Of a stretch of DNA of 64,000 nt, positions 42,401 to 51,944 are shown piece after piece. Positions within the stretch are counted from its first letter, which is position 1. The number at the start of each line of letters is the position of its first letter. Source of the DNA: an uncultured delta proteobacterium (GTDB taxonomy: Bacteria; Myxococcota; Kuafuiibacteriia; Kuafuiibacteriales; Kuafuiibacteriaceae); NCBI GenBank assembly GCA_963803435.1, contig CAWDML010000001.1, positions 2,528,001-2,592,000 on the forward strand, in the 5' to 3' direction. The translations under genes were made by a program, and so were the position numbers. The notes under the pieces were generated by a model. That model saw only the letters and a list, made by a program, of their open reading frames with translations, did not search any database and had not been told where the DNA came from.

Positions 42401-45400
42401 CGCGGTACGCCTTGTCCTTGGCCTCCAGCGGATCGTTGCCGTCGAGCATCTCGGCCAGCTCTGCGACCGCGCGCTCGGCCGCCGAGAACGCACCGTCCTC
42501 CCCGGCGCCCTCGAGCGCGTCCATCTTCTCACCGGCGGCCTTGCTCAGCGACTCGACCTTGGAGCGCCGCGCGTCGATCTCGAGCTCGACCTTGCGGCAA
42601 TCAATCCGCGCCTGGTAGCCCGCGACCTGTCCGGCAGCCTGGGCGGCGTGCTTCGCATAGGCCTTGTCCCGCGACATGTACTTCTCGTTGGACTGGATCG
42701 TGTTCTCGAACAGGTGGAGCATCTTCTCCGCCTCCGCGAACGCGGCGTCCGACGGCTCGCTCAGCGCGGCCAGACGCTCCTCCACCGCGGCCCGGGTGGC
42801 ATCGATCCGCCGCTTCCGGATCTCCAGGCGATCGGTCTCGACCACGGCCTCCATCGAGGCCAGGTACTTCCCATACTTGGGATCTTTCTCGGCGAAGGTT
42901 CCGCCCTCCTGGACGGCGCTCCGCAGCGCCGACACCGCCCGCTCCGCCTCCTCGTACAGTGAGGGGTCGACCGCGGTGAGCGCGTCCAGCCGCTCCTTCA
43001 CGGCGGTGGCCGCGGCCTCCACCTTCGCGCGGTGCTTCGCCGCCGCGCGCTCGGCCTTCTTCCGCTCGATCGTCCCGCGCGCACCGTCGGCGCGTTTCTT
43101 CAGCCCGGCCAGATACCGGGCGTGGTTCGGGTCCTGGGCCGCGTCGCCTGCGGCGTCGATGGCGGTGGCCAGGGCATCGACGGCGGCGGCCGCGGCGTCG
43201 AACGAGGGTGAGTCGCCGTCGAGCGCACCGAGCTGCTGATCGAGCGCGCCCGCCGCCTCGTCGACCGCGGCGCGGTGCACGGCGACCTCTTGCTCCCGCT
43301 TTCGGCGCGCGACCGCGGCCGTGTATCCCGGGATCTGCTTCTTCACGCCGTCCAGGTAGGCCGCATATTTGCGATCCTTGTCCCGGAGCGCATCACCCTT
43401 GCTCAGCGCCTCGTCGAGCGCCGAGATCGCGCTGGTGGCCGCGTCGAACGCCGCCGGCTTCGCATCGCCGCCGAGGGCGTCGACCGCGCTCTTCACCGCC
43501 GCCGTCCGCGACTCCACCTCCGCGCGATGGGTCTCGACCGCCACCTCGGTCCGCCGGCGCGCCACCGCCGCCTTGAACGCAGGGAGCTTGCGCGCGATCC
43601 CAGCGAGATATCCGGCGTGCGCGCGGTCCTTCTTGGCCGCCTCCGTCCCGCCGTCCAGCGTCTCCTCGAGCTTGGAGACCGCTGCCTCGGCCGCGTCGAA
43701 GTCGCCCTCCTCGGGCTTGTCGCCGAGCGCGTCCAGCCGCTGAACCGCGGCGGCCAGCGCCGGCTCGACCGCCGCCCGATGCGCGGCGACCTCCGCGTCG
43801 ACGTGCTTCTTCGCCAGCGCCGCCGAGCGCTCGGCGAGCCGCCGCTCCGCCTGCGCCGAGAACTTCGCGTACGCCTTGTCCTTCTCCAGGAACGGCTTGC
43901 TCGACTCGACCGTGTTCTCGAAGAGCCTGAGCGCCTTCTCCACCTCGGCGAAGGCCTGGTCGTCGGGCCGCTCCGGGAGCGCCTCGAGCAGCTTCTGCAC
44001 CATGGCGTCGTTGGCGTCGATGCGGCGCTTCCGGATCTCCTGCCCGAACCCGGCGAGCTGTCCTGTCATCTTGGCAAGGTAGCTTGCATACGCGCGATCC
44101 CGCTCGGCGAGGTCAGCACCCTCGTCGATCATCCTCTTCAGCGCCGACGTCGCCTCGACGGCGTCACCGTAGAGGGACGGCGTCACCTCGGTGAGCGCCT
44201 CCAGCTTGGCGTTCACCTCCGCGAGGGCCTGCTCCACCTTCGCCCGGTGTTGCGCCACCGCCTGCGCGTCCCGGCGCTTCGCGATCTCGGCGCGCCGCGC
44301 CGCGGTCCTCTTGCCGGCGGCGTCCAGCTGCGCCGCGTACCGCTTGTCCTTCTCGCCGAGCGGAGCGCCCGCGGACAGCTCGGTCTCCACCGCGGAGGCA
44401 GCCAGGTCCGCCGCCGCGAAGGCCTCCGGCGCCGCGTCACCCTCGAGCAGCGCCACCTTCCCCACCAGCGCCGCCTCGGCCGCCTCCACCTTCGCCCGAT
44501 GCTCGGTGATGGCCTGCTCGAGCTTCCTCGCCTGGAGCCCGCTCTTCAGCGCCGCCACCCTCTGCTCCGCCGCCTTCACCCTGCGCGCGTACTGCGGGCT
44601 CTGCTCGAGGAGCGCCTTCTTGGACTCGACCGTGTCGGCGAACCGCTCGAGCGCCTGCTCCGCCGCCGGCACCTCGCCCTTCTGTGCCTCGAGCGCCTCG
44701 GCCTCGGCGGCGTCCACGCGGCGCTTCTCGATCTCGAAGCGCTGGGCGAGCACCACGTTCTTCAGACCGCCCAGATACGCGGCGTGCTTCTTGTCCTTGT
44801 CGATCAGCGGCGCGCCCTCCTCGAGGGCGTGCTGCACCGCAACCAGCGCCTCGGACGCCGCCTGATAGAGGGACGGATCGGTGGTGGTGAGCGCCTTCAA
44901 CCGCTCCTGATACGCCGCCATCGCCTCGTCGACCTTCGTCCGATGCGCCGAGACCTCCGCGGCCGTCCGGCGCGCCTCGATCGCCGCCCGATCGCGAACG
45001 ATCCGCTTGCCGAGCCCGACCAGGTAGGCCGCGTGCCGCCGGTCCTTGCCGGCCGCGTCGGCGCCGTCCGCCACGGCCTTCTCCAGCGCCGCCACCGCGG
45101 CCAGCGCCGCCTCGAAGTCGCTGCTCTTCGCCAGCTCGTCGACCTTGGCGACCGCTGCGTCCACCTCGGCGCGGTTCTTCGCGACCAGGACCTCGCTCCG
45201 CCGCCGCTCGATGATCGCGTTCGCACCCGCCGCCTTCTTCTCCAGGGCCGCCAGCTGCGCCGCGTGCTTCGGATCCTTCTTCGCCGTCTCGCCCTCGCCC
45301 TCGACCGCCGCCTTGAGCGCCTCGGCCGCCGCCGCCGCCGCCTCGAATGCCGCGGGCTCCGGCGCCCCCTCGAGCGCGCCCAGCGTGGTGTCGAGCGACG

Positions 45401-46895
45401 CGTCGAGCGCCTGCACCTTGACGGTGCTCGCCGCCACGGCCGCCGCGATCCGACGTCGCTCCAGATCGGTTCTGAGCGCCGGGACCTTCTTCTTCATGTT
45501 TGCAAGATAACTTGCAAAGCCTTGATCCTGGGTGGACGAGGCCGCGTCGATCTCGCTCTCCAGCTCCGACACCGTCTTGCCGGCCTGGTCGAGCTCCGCA
45601 TCGGAGGGCGTGTCGCCCAGAGCCGCGATCTTGTCGTCGACCTGCTTCGAGGCCGCCTCGACTCTCGCCTTTGCCGCCTCGACCGCCCGCTCGAGGGTGC
45701 GGGCCTCGATCCGGGCCCGGTGGACGGCGATCCGCTTCTCCGCACCCGCCGCGTACCGTGCATAGACGGGCGCCTTCCCCAGGAAGTCCTTGTTCGACTC
45801 GATGGTGTTCTCGAGCAGGTGGAGCGCCTTCTCCGCCTCGGCGAAGTCGTCGTCGGAGATTAGCGTCTCCAGGCGTTTGACCACCGCCGCGTCGGCCGCG
45901 TCGATGCGACGCTTTCTGATCTCCAGCCGGCGCGCGTCGAGCGATCGCTCCATCGCGGCGAGATAGGCCGCATACCGGCGATCCTTCTCCCCGAGCGGGG
46001 CGCCGTCCGAGAGGGTCTTCCGGAGGTCGGACACCGCGGTCTCGGCGCGCTCGTACAGCTCGGGCGTCACATCGGTGAGCGCGGCCAGCGCCGCCTCGAT
46101 CTTCGCGTTCTGTGCCTCCACGGCCGCCCGATGGGCGAAGATCTCCGCCCGCGCCAGCGCTTGCTTCGCCCCGGCGGCGACCCGTGCGTACGCCTTGTCC
46201 TTGGTCTCGAGCGCGCTCCCCTTCTCGATCGCCTCCGACAGCGACTTCGCCGCCGTCGCCGCGGTCGCCGGATCCTTGGCGCCGATGGCCGCATCGACCG
46301 CCTTGGCGCGCTCCTGGAGCGACGCGCGCCGCACCTCCAGCTCGACCACCGCCCACCGCGCCTCCAGCTTCTGGGAGATCGCGGCGAGCTCGGTCCGCGC
46401 CGCCTCGGCGGCGGTGGCAAACTCGGGCTTTTGCGCCTCCAGCGACTTCGCCTGGTCGAGCGCGCCCTTCGCCGTCTCGATCGCCGCCCGCGTGGTGTCG
46501 AACGCCTCCTCCGGCGGTTGCTTGCCCTCGACCTCGGCGGCGCCTTCGCGCGCCCGCTCCAGCGCCCCCTCGAGGGTGCTCTTCGCCGCGGCGACCCGCA
46601 CCTCGAGCGCGCGCGCGCGGGCCTCGGGCAACCGATCGAACAGCGCTTGCCGGCGCGCCTCGAGCGGCGCCCGGAGCGGCGACTCGGCCAGCTCCGGCCG
46701 GGTCAGCTCATCCTTGGCCTTCGCGAGGAGCGACTCCCCTTGCTCGGGATCGATCGCCTCGAGCGCCTTCTCGGCAGAGTCGAGGAGTTGGCCGGCGCTG
46801 TCCGCGACCTCTTCCGGCGTGGGGCCGCTCTTGAACCAGGACGCGCAGGAGCCGCTCAGGAGGGCGACCGAGATGATCAGGGCCCGAAATTTCAC
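39416..46895 (-). CDS. Giant (~2,490 aa) alpha-helical repeat lipoprotein, ~31 repeats of ~80 aa, basic C-terminus (one extra base in the C4 run at 41787-41790)
   Basis: GTG start with GGGAGG RBS, lipobox LLSGSC. ORFs 41148..46997 and 39416..41848 join as DALEKPEGSGEIDAAE. Recurrent motif G...(K/R)D..(Y/H/F)A.YL. Confidence 0.8.
41181..41200. repeat. Intragenic palindrome copy 1 (TTTGCAAGATAACCTGCATA)
   Basis: Encodes YAGYLA with six consecutive A/T-ending codons. Confidence 0.6.
44071..44090. repeat. Intragenic palindrome copy 2 (TTGGCAAGGTAGCTTGCATA)
   Basis: Encodes YASYLA; same GCAAG-N4-CTTGCA core. Confidence 0.5.
45499..45518. repeat. Intragenic palindrome copy 3 (perfect TTTGCAAG-ATAA-CTTGCAAA)
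   Basis: Encodes FASYLA with six consecutive A/T-ending codons; perfect 8-bp inverted repeat. Confidence 0.65.
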
Positions 46896-46956
46896 CCTCC
46901 CCACGTACCACGGGGCGGCGGCCGGAGTCGGAAGGGCGATCGGCCGATGTGGGCGG

Positions 46957-47418
46957 TCAACGGTAGGTCTTGGGGACCTGGGATCGCCCCTTTGCACGCG
47001 CTCGGCCCATCTCCAGGCGGCCCGAGCGGACCTCCTCGAGCTGGCTCACCGGCAGCGCCCCCTCCGGGGGTGGGCGCCCGTTGGGGAGGGTCCGAGCTTC
47101 CGCGCCGGTCACCTTCTGCGACTTCGGTGCTTCGCCGGTGTCTTCGAGGGCCTCGAAGCCGGTGGCGCGCAGGGCGAGCTCGGGCGCGGCGCGACCGATG
47201 GCGGCGAACAGCATCCCGGCGGCGGCGAGCGCGCCCCGATCGGACTCGAGGTGCACCCCCAGGTTGAAGAGGCCCAGCACGGCCTCGTCGCGGCTCGGGT
47301 GCTTGGCGTACGCGAGCAGGCTCTGCTCGATGATCCCGGCGGACTCGTCGTCGTACGTCCAGGTCCCGTCGACCTCCGTGAGCAGTCGGCAGGCGAGATC
47401 GACCAGCGGATGATTCAT
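46957..47418 (-). CDS. Hypothetical protein
   Basis: 153 aa, GC3-biased codons, GAGGTG RBS, 4 bp after the upstream ORF. Confidence 0.65.
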   Translation of the reverse strand: MNHPLVDLACRLLTEVDGTWTYDDESAGIIEQSLLAYAKHPSRDEAVLGLFNLGVHLESDRGALAAAGMLFAAIGRAAPELALRATGFEALEDTGEAPKSQKVTGAEARTLPNGRPPPEGALPVSQLEEVRSGRLEMGRARAKGRSQVPKTYR

Positions 47419-47422
47419 CGCG

Positions 47423-47806
47423 TCACCTCACCGGGTCGGCCGGGGTCGCGCCCGGGTGAGACGCCCAGTAGCCCTTGACCGCGTTCGCGTACGTCACCTG
47501 CGATCGCGCGATCTGGCCGGCGGTCTGCGAGTCGCCTCGATCGGCGTAGTAGTTCGCGGTGCACGCGAGCGCGTCGGCCACTGCGTTCCCCTCGAGCGGC
47601 TTGCCGGGCGCGTTCATACGGAATCCGCCGTCGAACTTCGCGCGCTCGGCGATCCCTTGGTTCGAGCCCACGACACCGTCCAGCACGCGCTGGGCGTCGG
47701 CCCCCGGGTTCAGGGGACGCGGATGGGTCGCCGGGCTGTAGTCGAGCGCGGTGGCCCGCTGAAACTCGGGGGTTCGGCACTGGGTCGGAACGAGAGGGCT
47801 TCCCAT
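47423..47806 (-). CDS. Hypothetical protein (possibly leaderless)
   Basis: 127 aa from ATG 47806, plausible codon usage, directly behind a sigma54 promoter. Confidence 0.65.
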   Translation of the reverse strand: MGSPLVPTQCRTPEFQRATALDYSPATHPRPLNPGADAQRVLDGVVGSNQGIAERAKFDGGFRMNAPGKPLEGNAVADALACTANYYADRGDSQTAGQIARSQVTYANAVKGYWASHPGATPADPVR

Positions 47807-47818
47807 GCGCCGCACCCG

Positions 47819-47834
47819 AGCAAGCGCGATGCCA
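47819..47834 (-). promoter_or_regulatory. sigma54 (-24/-12) promoter
   Basis: Minus strand TGGCATCGCGCTTGCT, consensus TGGCA-N6-TTGCT. Confidence 0.75.
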
Positions 47835-47923
47835 CGCCTGCGCGCTGTCGGCCCGCGTTCGGTCGAGGGGTAAAAGCACCAGATTGTCTGCTGGTTCTGC
47901 CGCCTCAGTGTCTCACACCGGCA

Positions 47924-48277
47924 TCAGAGCAGCGCCTGCGCCGTGTTGACCTCGAGCGCGTCGATGAAGACCCGCGAGACTCCAGGTACCCCTGCGGCGA
48001 CCGCGCGCGCCTTCCGCCGCTCGGCCTCCGAGGAGACGGTGCCGCTCAGATAGACCACCCCGTTCTTCGCCACCACCACGATGATGTGAGACGAGTCCAG
48101 CGCCTCGGCGGCGTTCAGCGCGTAGTGCACCTGATCGTTCACGGCATCGAGCCGGCTCTCGTCGCCCCGAGCGATCGGCGGCGGCGGCCACTCGGGACTC
48201 GGTCGAGGCCCGCTCCGACACGCACCGATGGACGCGAGCAGCAGGGCCAACGCGGAGGAGCCGACGTGCCGCCTCAT
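47924..48277 (-). CDS. BON-domain lipoprotein
   Basis: IGAC lipobox; NGVVYLSGTVSSEAERRKA...VPGVSRV BON motif. Confidence 0.85.
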   Translation of the reverse strand: MRRHVGSSALALLLASIGACRSGPRPSPEWPPPPIARGDESRLDAVNDQVHYALNAAEALDSSHIIVVVAKNGVVYLSGTVSSEAERRKARAVAAGVPGVSRVFIDALEVNTAQALL

Positions 48278-48308
48278 GGGGACATACGGTTGCAGAACGC
48301 GTGCCGGT

Positions 48309-48968
48309 TCAGGCGCCGAACAGGCCCATCGGGATCGACAGCGCAAGCGCCGCGCTTCCGGCCGCCACCGGCACCAAGAAGTTGTCGTCGAGGCGCGCTG
48401 CAAACAGCTCGGCGAGCGCGCCGACGATCGACGAGACGATCGCGATCGCAGCGGCATCGCCGGTCGTGACCTCGGGGTGGAAGAGCACCAGCGCCAGAAA
48501 GGCCGCAGGGGTCGCAGCGACGACGAACGCGATCGTGCCCTCGAGGCTTCGGTTGGCCACCAGCTTGGTGCGGCCGAACGCGCGGCCGAACCATCCCGCC
48601 GCTGGATCGCCGACCGCGAGGATCACCACGCCGAGGGCCGCCGCGATCTTGCAGTGGGTCAAGGCGAGGAACACGAGCGCGGTCATGTACCAGGTCGACG
48701 AGTTCACGGCGTACGACTCGTGGGGATGGGCGACGGCGCTGAAGAACCGCATCAGGGCGCGGTTCCACCGGTCGCTGAACCGGCGGGTAATCTCGAGGGA
48801 CCATGCCCACGCCGCCACCGACACGGCCACCAGGATCATGCCGCGCTGGTCGAGGACCAGCTCCACCAGCAAGAGCGTGCCGATCCCGGATCCGACGTGG
48901 AACAGGCTGCGGGCGATGTTGGCGGGTCGGGCGAACGCGCGCGGGCCGAAGCTGATCGCTCGAGTCAT
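48309..48968 (-). CDS. Diacylglycerol/polyprenol (phytol/dolichol) kinase family membrane protein
   Basis: RSLFH, GDPAAGWFGRAFG, RSLEG, AELF...DDNFLVP. Confidence 0.85.
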   Translation of the reverse strand: MTRAISFGPRAFARPANIARSLFHVGSGIGTLLLVELVLDQRGMILVAVSVAAWAWSLEITRRFSDRWNRALMRFFSAVAHPHESYAVNSSTWYMTALVFLALTHCKIAAALGVVILAVGDPAAGWFGRAFGRTKLVANRSLEGTIAFVVAATPAAFLALVLFHPEVTTGDAAAIAIVSSIVGALAELFAARLDDNFLVPVAAGSAALALSIPMGLFGA

Positions 48969-49058
48969 CGTAGAAATGTTAGAAGGTCGATGTCACGACC
49001 GGGTCACGGGCGCAGATCCTTCCTCGACCCGGGCTGCGCCTCGGGCTATCCCGGTGCA

Positions 49059-49427
49059 GTGCACAAGAGCAGGCTTTCGAGCGTCATCATCGACTGCGAG
49101 ACCGACGATCTGAAGGCGGCCGCGGACTTCTGGAGCGCCGCGCTCGGTCGCGAGATCGTGAAGCGCGAGGGACGGTACGCGTCGCTGGGAATGCACCCGG
49201 ATGAGCCGGTGGTCGAAGTCCAGCAAGTCACCCACCAGAGCCGCGTCCACCTCGACATCGAGAGCGACGACGTCGAGGCCGAGGTCCGGCGGCTCGAGGC
49301 CCTCGGCGCCCGCAGGATCGAGCAGATCCGAACCTGGTGGGTGATGGAGGCGCCCACCGGCCAGCGCTTCTGCGTCGTCCGGCCGCAGCGAGGCCCACTC
49401 ACGGAGCGCGCGAACGAATGGCCGTGA
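49059..49427 (+). CDS. VOC/glyoxalase family protein
   Basis: IIDC...AADFWSAALG...RVHLDI...EVRRLEALGA...WWVMEAPTGQRFCV. Confidence 0.9.
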   Translation: MHKSRLSSVIIDCETDDLKAAADFWSAALGREIVKREGRYASLGMHPDEPVVEVQQVTHQSRVHLDIESDDVEAEVRRLEALGARRIEQIRTWWVMEAPTGQRFCVVRPQRGPLTERANEWP

Positions 49428-49667
49428 GACGCACCTTCACCCTCCTCGACTGGATCGGGATCTGGCTGGGCGGGGTCGCCAGCCTGGGTCTGTTCCTCTT
49501 CCCGGCGGTGGTGGGGCAGCCGTTCGCCGCCATGTTCAAAGACTTCGGCGGCGAGCTCCCGTTCGCCACCCGGCTCGTGCTGACGCCCTGGTTCGCGCCG
49601 CTCGTGGGCCTCGCGGCGATGGGGCTCCTCGCGCTCGTTCTTCCGGCTGAGCGGCAACATCCAGTGA
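49424..49667 (+). CDS. Small membrane protein resembling the PilC/GspF periplasmic loop (3' end uncertain)
   Basis: GTGA overlap with the VOC gene; TM-FAAMFKDFGGELPFATRLV-TM; no in-frame stop before the convergent gene. Confidence 0.5.
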
Positions 49668-51150
49668 GCGCAATGAACACGAGGATCCAGATGGCGCCGC
49701 TCTGTCCTCCCGAGGTGCTCGAGCAGCCGCAGCCGGCGACGACCGGCTCCGCCGCCCGGATGAACACGTTGCTGGTGACGGTGCAGAGCGTGCCGTCGAT
49801 CGCGACCTCCGCGCGCCAGCGGTCCTCGCCTTGCGCGGGCGCTCGCGCCGTCACGGAGAACACGAACGGATCGGAGGTAATCGCGGTGGCGGCGGCCTCG
49901 CGTCCGTTCTCGAGCCAGCGGACGCTCCCGCCGAACGCACCGGTGACGCGCGCCTCGAGCGTGGTCTCCTCTGCCACCACCACGCCCGACGGAACTGCGC
50001 CGCCCACGGAGATCTCGATCATCGGATCATCAGGTCCGCGGAGCTTGACCACGGTGCGGCCCAGACGGACGCCCTCGATGATGGCGCGGGCGCCGAGCTC
50101 CTCGGCGTAGACCATCGTGGTGGGGCTCCCGATCCGGCTGGCGAGCGGTCCGGTGTCCCGGCCGGCGCGGTGATCGTCGCTGCCGCCGATGGCCGAGGCG
50201 TGCGCGCCCCTCTGCGACAGCTCGTCCCAGAACGCGAGCGTGTCCTCGCTGAAGAGGAACGCACCCGCGCCGGTGGCGATCTCCACGGCGCCGATGAGCT
50301 CGACCGGAACCTCGCTCTCCCAGAGGCAACCGATGCACTGCGCGCCGACGTCGAGGACCGGGTGGTTGATCGCGAAGACCCCGCCCACCTCGCCGACCGC
50401 GCCTGCGATGCGCGCCATACTATTGCCGTCGACGCCCAGACGATGATCGATCCAGTGCTCGACCCCGATGCCGTTGGCGTGTCCGGCGTAGGTCGTGATC
50501 TCGGCGCCCGGCATGAAGAGCAGATCCGGATGGCGCGACTGCACATCGTCGAAGAAGTCGAGCTGCGCGTTGGTGTTGTGATCGGAGATCTCGACGAAGT
50601 CGAGGCCGCGGCTGGTGGCGAGCTCGGCGATCTCCTCGAACGTCGCGTTCGCGTCGCCGCTCTGACGTGAGTGCACGTGAAAGTCGCCCGCGAACCAGCG
50701 CGGCCCGGTCGACGCCAGCACGACCGGCTGGTAGGGCGCGCGCTCGGGAGCGGGCGCGAGCGTGGGCTCGGTGCGGAGCATGATCTCCAGCCGATAGCGG
50801 GTCGGGGTCTCGACGATCAGGGCCTTGCCGATGATGACGTTCCAGGTCCCCGCCGGCATCTCGCCCGGCAGGTAGCTGCGGGAGGCCGACGCGTCCCCGA
50901 CGATGAACGGCTCCGAGTTGCCGCCGCCCCATCCGCGAAAGCGAACCGGATCCAGCAAGCCGTAGTCGAGCACGCCCTCCGCGAACTGCTTGGGGTGACG
51001 GACCTCGATCTCACGGGTGCCCGCCGGGACCTCGAAGGGCACCAGGAAGAAGGCGCCCTCCGCCGACACCTCGCCCTCGATCACCTGGTCCGCGCGGGCG
51101 GTACGCGGCAGGCCGCCGAGGATCGCGAACAGCAGGGCCATCCGGCGCAT
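49650..51150 (-). CDS. CehA/McbA-family (PHP) metallohydrolase with MYXO-CTERM-like tail (3' end uncertain; ORF reads on to 49399)
   Basis: GDFHVHS, ISDHN, GAEIT, GHAN, INHP, GGSDDH; GCGCS-hydrophobic tail. Confidence 0.85.
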
Positions 51151-51191
51151 CCCTCGACGGTACGTCGGATGCGTCGCGATCGAGAACCGGA

Positions 51192-51839
51192 TCAACGACC
51201 GCGATGATGTCGTCCGTGACTGTGGCCCCGATGTCCACGCTCGACGACGATGCCCGGCACCGGGAGGGGGACGAAGACGGGCGGCGGCACGGCGCGGACC
51301 TGGACGTGCGGTGTGGAGACGCGAAGGTTCACGTAGCCGGCCGGCGGCGCCACCGTCACCACCGGCCGCGCGTAGTGCACCTCCGCCACCACCGTGTTGA
51401 TCGGCGCGTAGGTCTCCCGCTCGCGGCGGTACCGTCCCGGCATCCGCCCCACATACCAGTACACTCCGCCCTTCACGACGAAGCGCTCCTGAGGCGCGGG
51501 CGAGAACGCGTGATAGTGGGGCCCGTCGAGGTAACAGAACTCGATCGCCGGATGCCCGATGATCGCCTCCACGTGGATCGGGTGGTGGCCCTCGTAGACG
51601 TACCGATCCCCCTCCCACCCGTACGCCACCGGATCACCGACGAAGTAGTACTGCCGGTCGTACTCGCGGAAGAGGACCCTCCGATACGGCGGGCGGCCAT
51701 GCACGTGCGGGCCCTGGATCGGGCAGAACCGGTGGGCGGAGAGGGGGTGCGGTCCGATGTATCGGTACTGCCGCGCCTCTGCGCGCTCCGCCGCGAAGAG
51801 GGTCAGACCAAACACGAGGATCAGGGTGAGAATGCGCAT
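51192..51839 (-). CDS. Secreted His/Tyr-rich hypothetical protein with duplicated H-P...C-x3-GPH-x-H module
   Basis: Signal peptide AEA; YIGPHP...FCPIQGPHVH and YEGHHP...FCYLDGPHYH. Confidence 0.75.
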   Translation of the reverse strand: MRILTLILVFGLTLFAAERAEARQYRYIGPHPLSAHRFCPIQGPHVHGRPPYRRVLFREYDRQYYFVGDPVAYGWEGDRYVYEGHHPIHVEAIIGHPAIEFCYLDGPHYHAFSPAPQERFVVKGGVYWYVGRMPGRYRRERETYAPINTVVAEVHYARPVVTVAPPAGYVNLRVSTPHVQVRAVPPPVFVPLPVPGIVVERGHRGHSHGRHHRGR

Positions 51840-51899
51840 CGCGCCGGGACTCCGCAACCGCCGCGCCAGCCGCGAAACGCTCACCGCCCGACCGCACCG

Positions 51900-51938
51900 G
51901 GGAGCCTCCCGGTTCCGCGGCGGAGCCCGGAGGCTCCC
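51900..51938. terminator. GC-rich hairpin just after the S9 peptidase stop
   Basis: GGGAGCCTCC...GGAGGCTCCC with inner GGTTCCG/CGGAGCC stem; no U-tract. Confidence 0.4.
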
Positions 51939-51944
51939 GGCATG

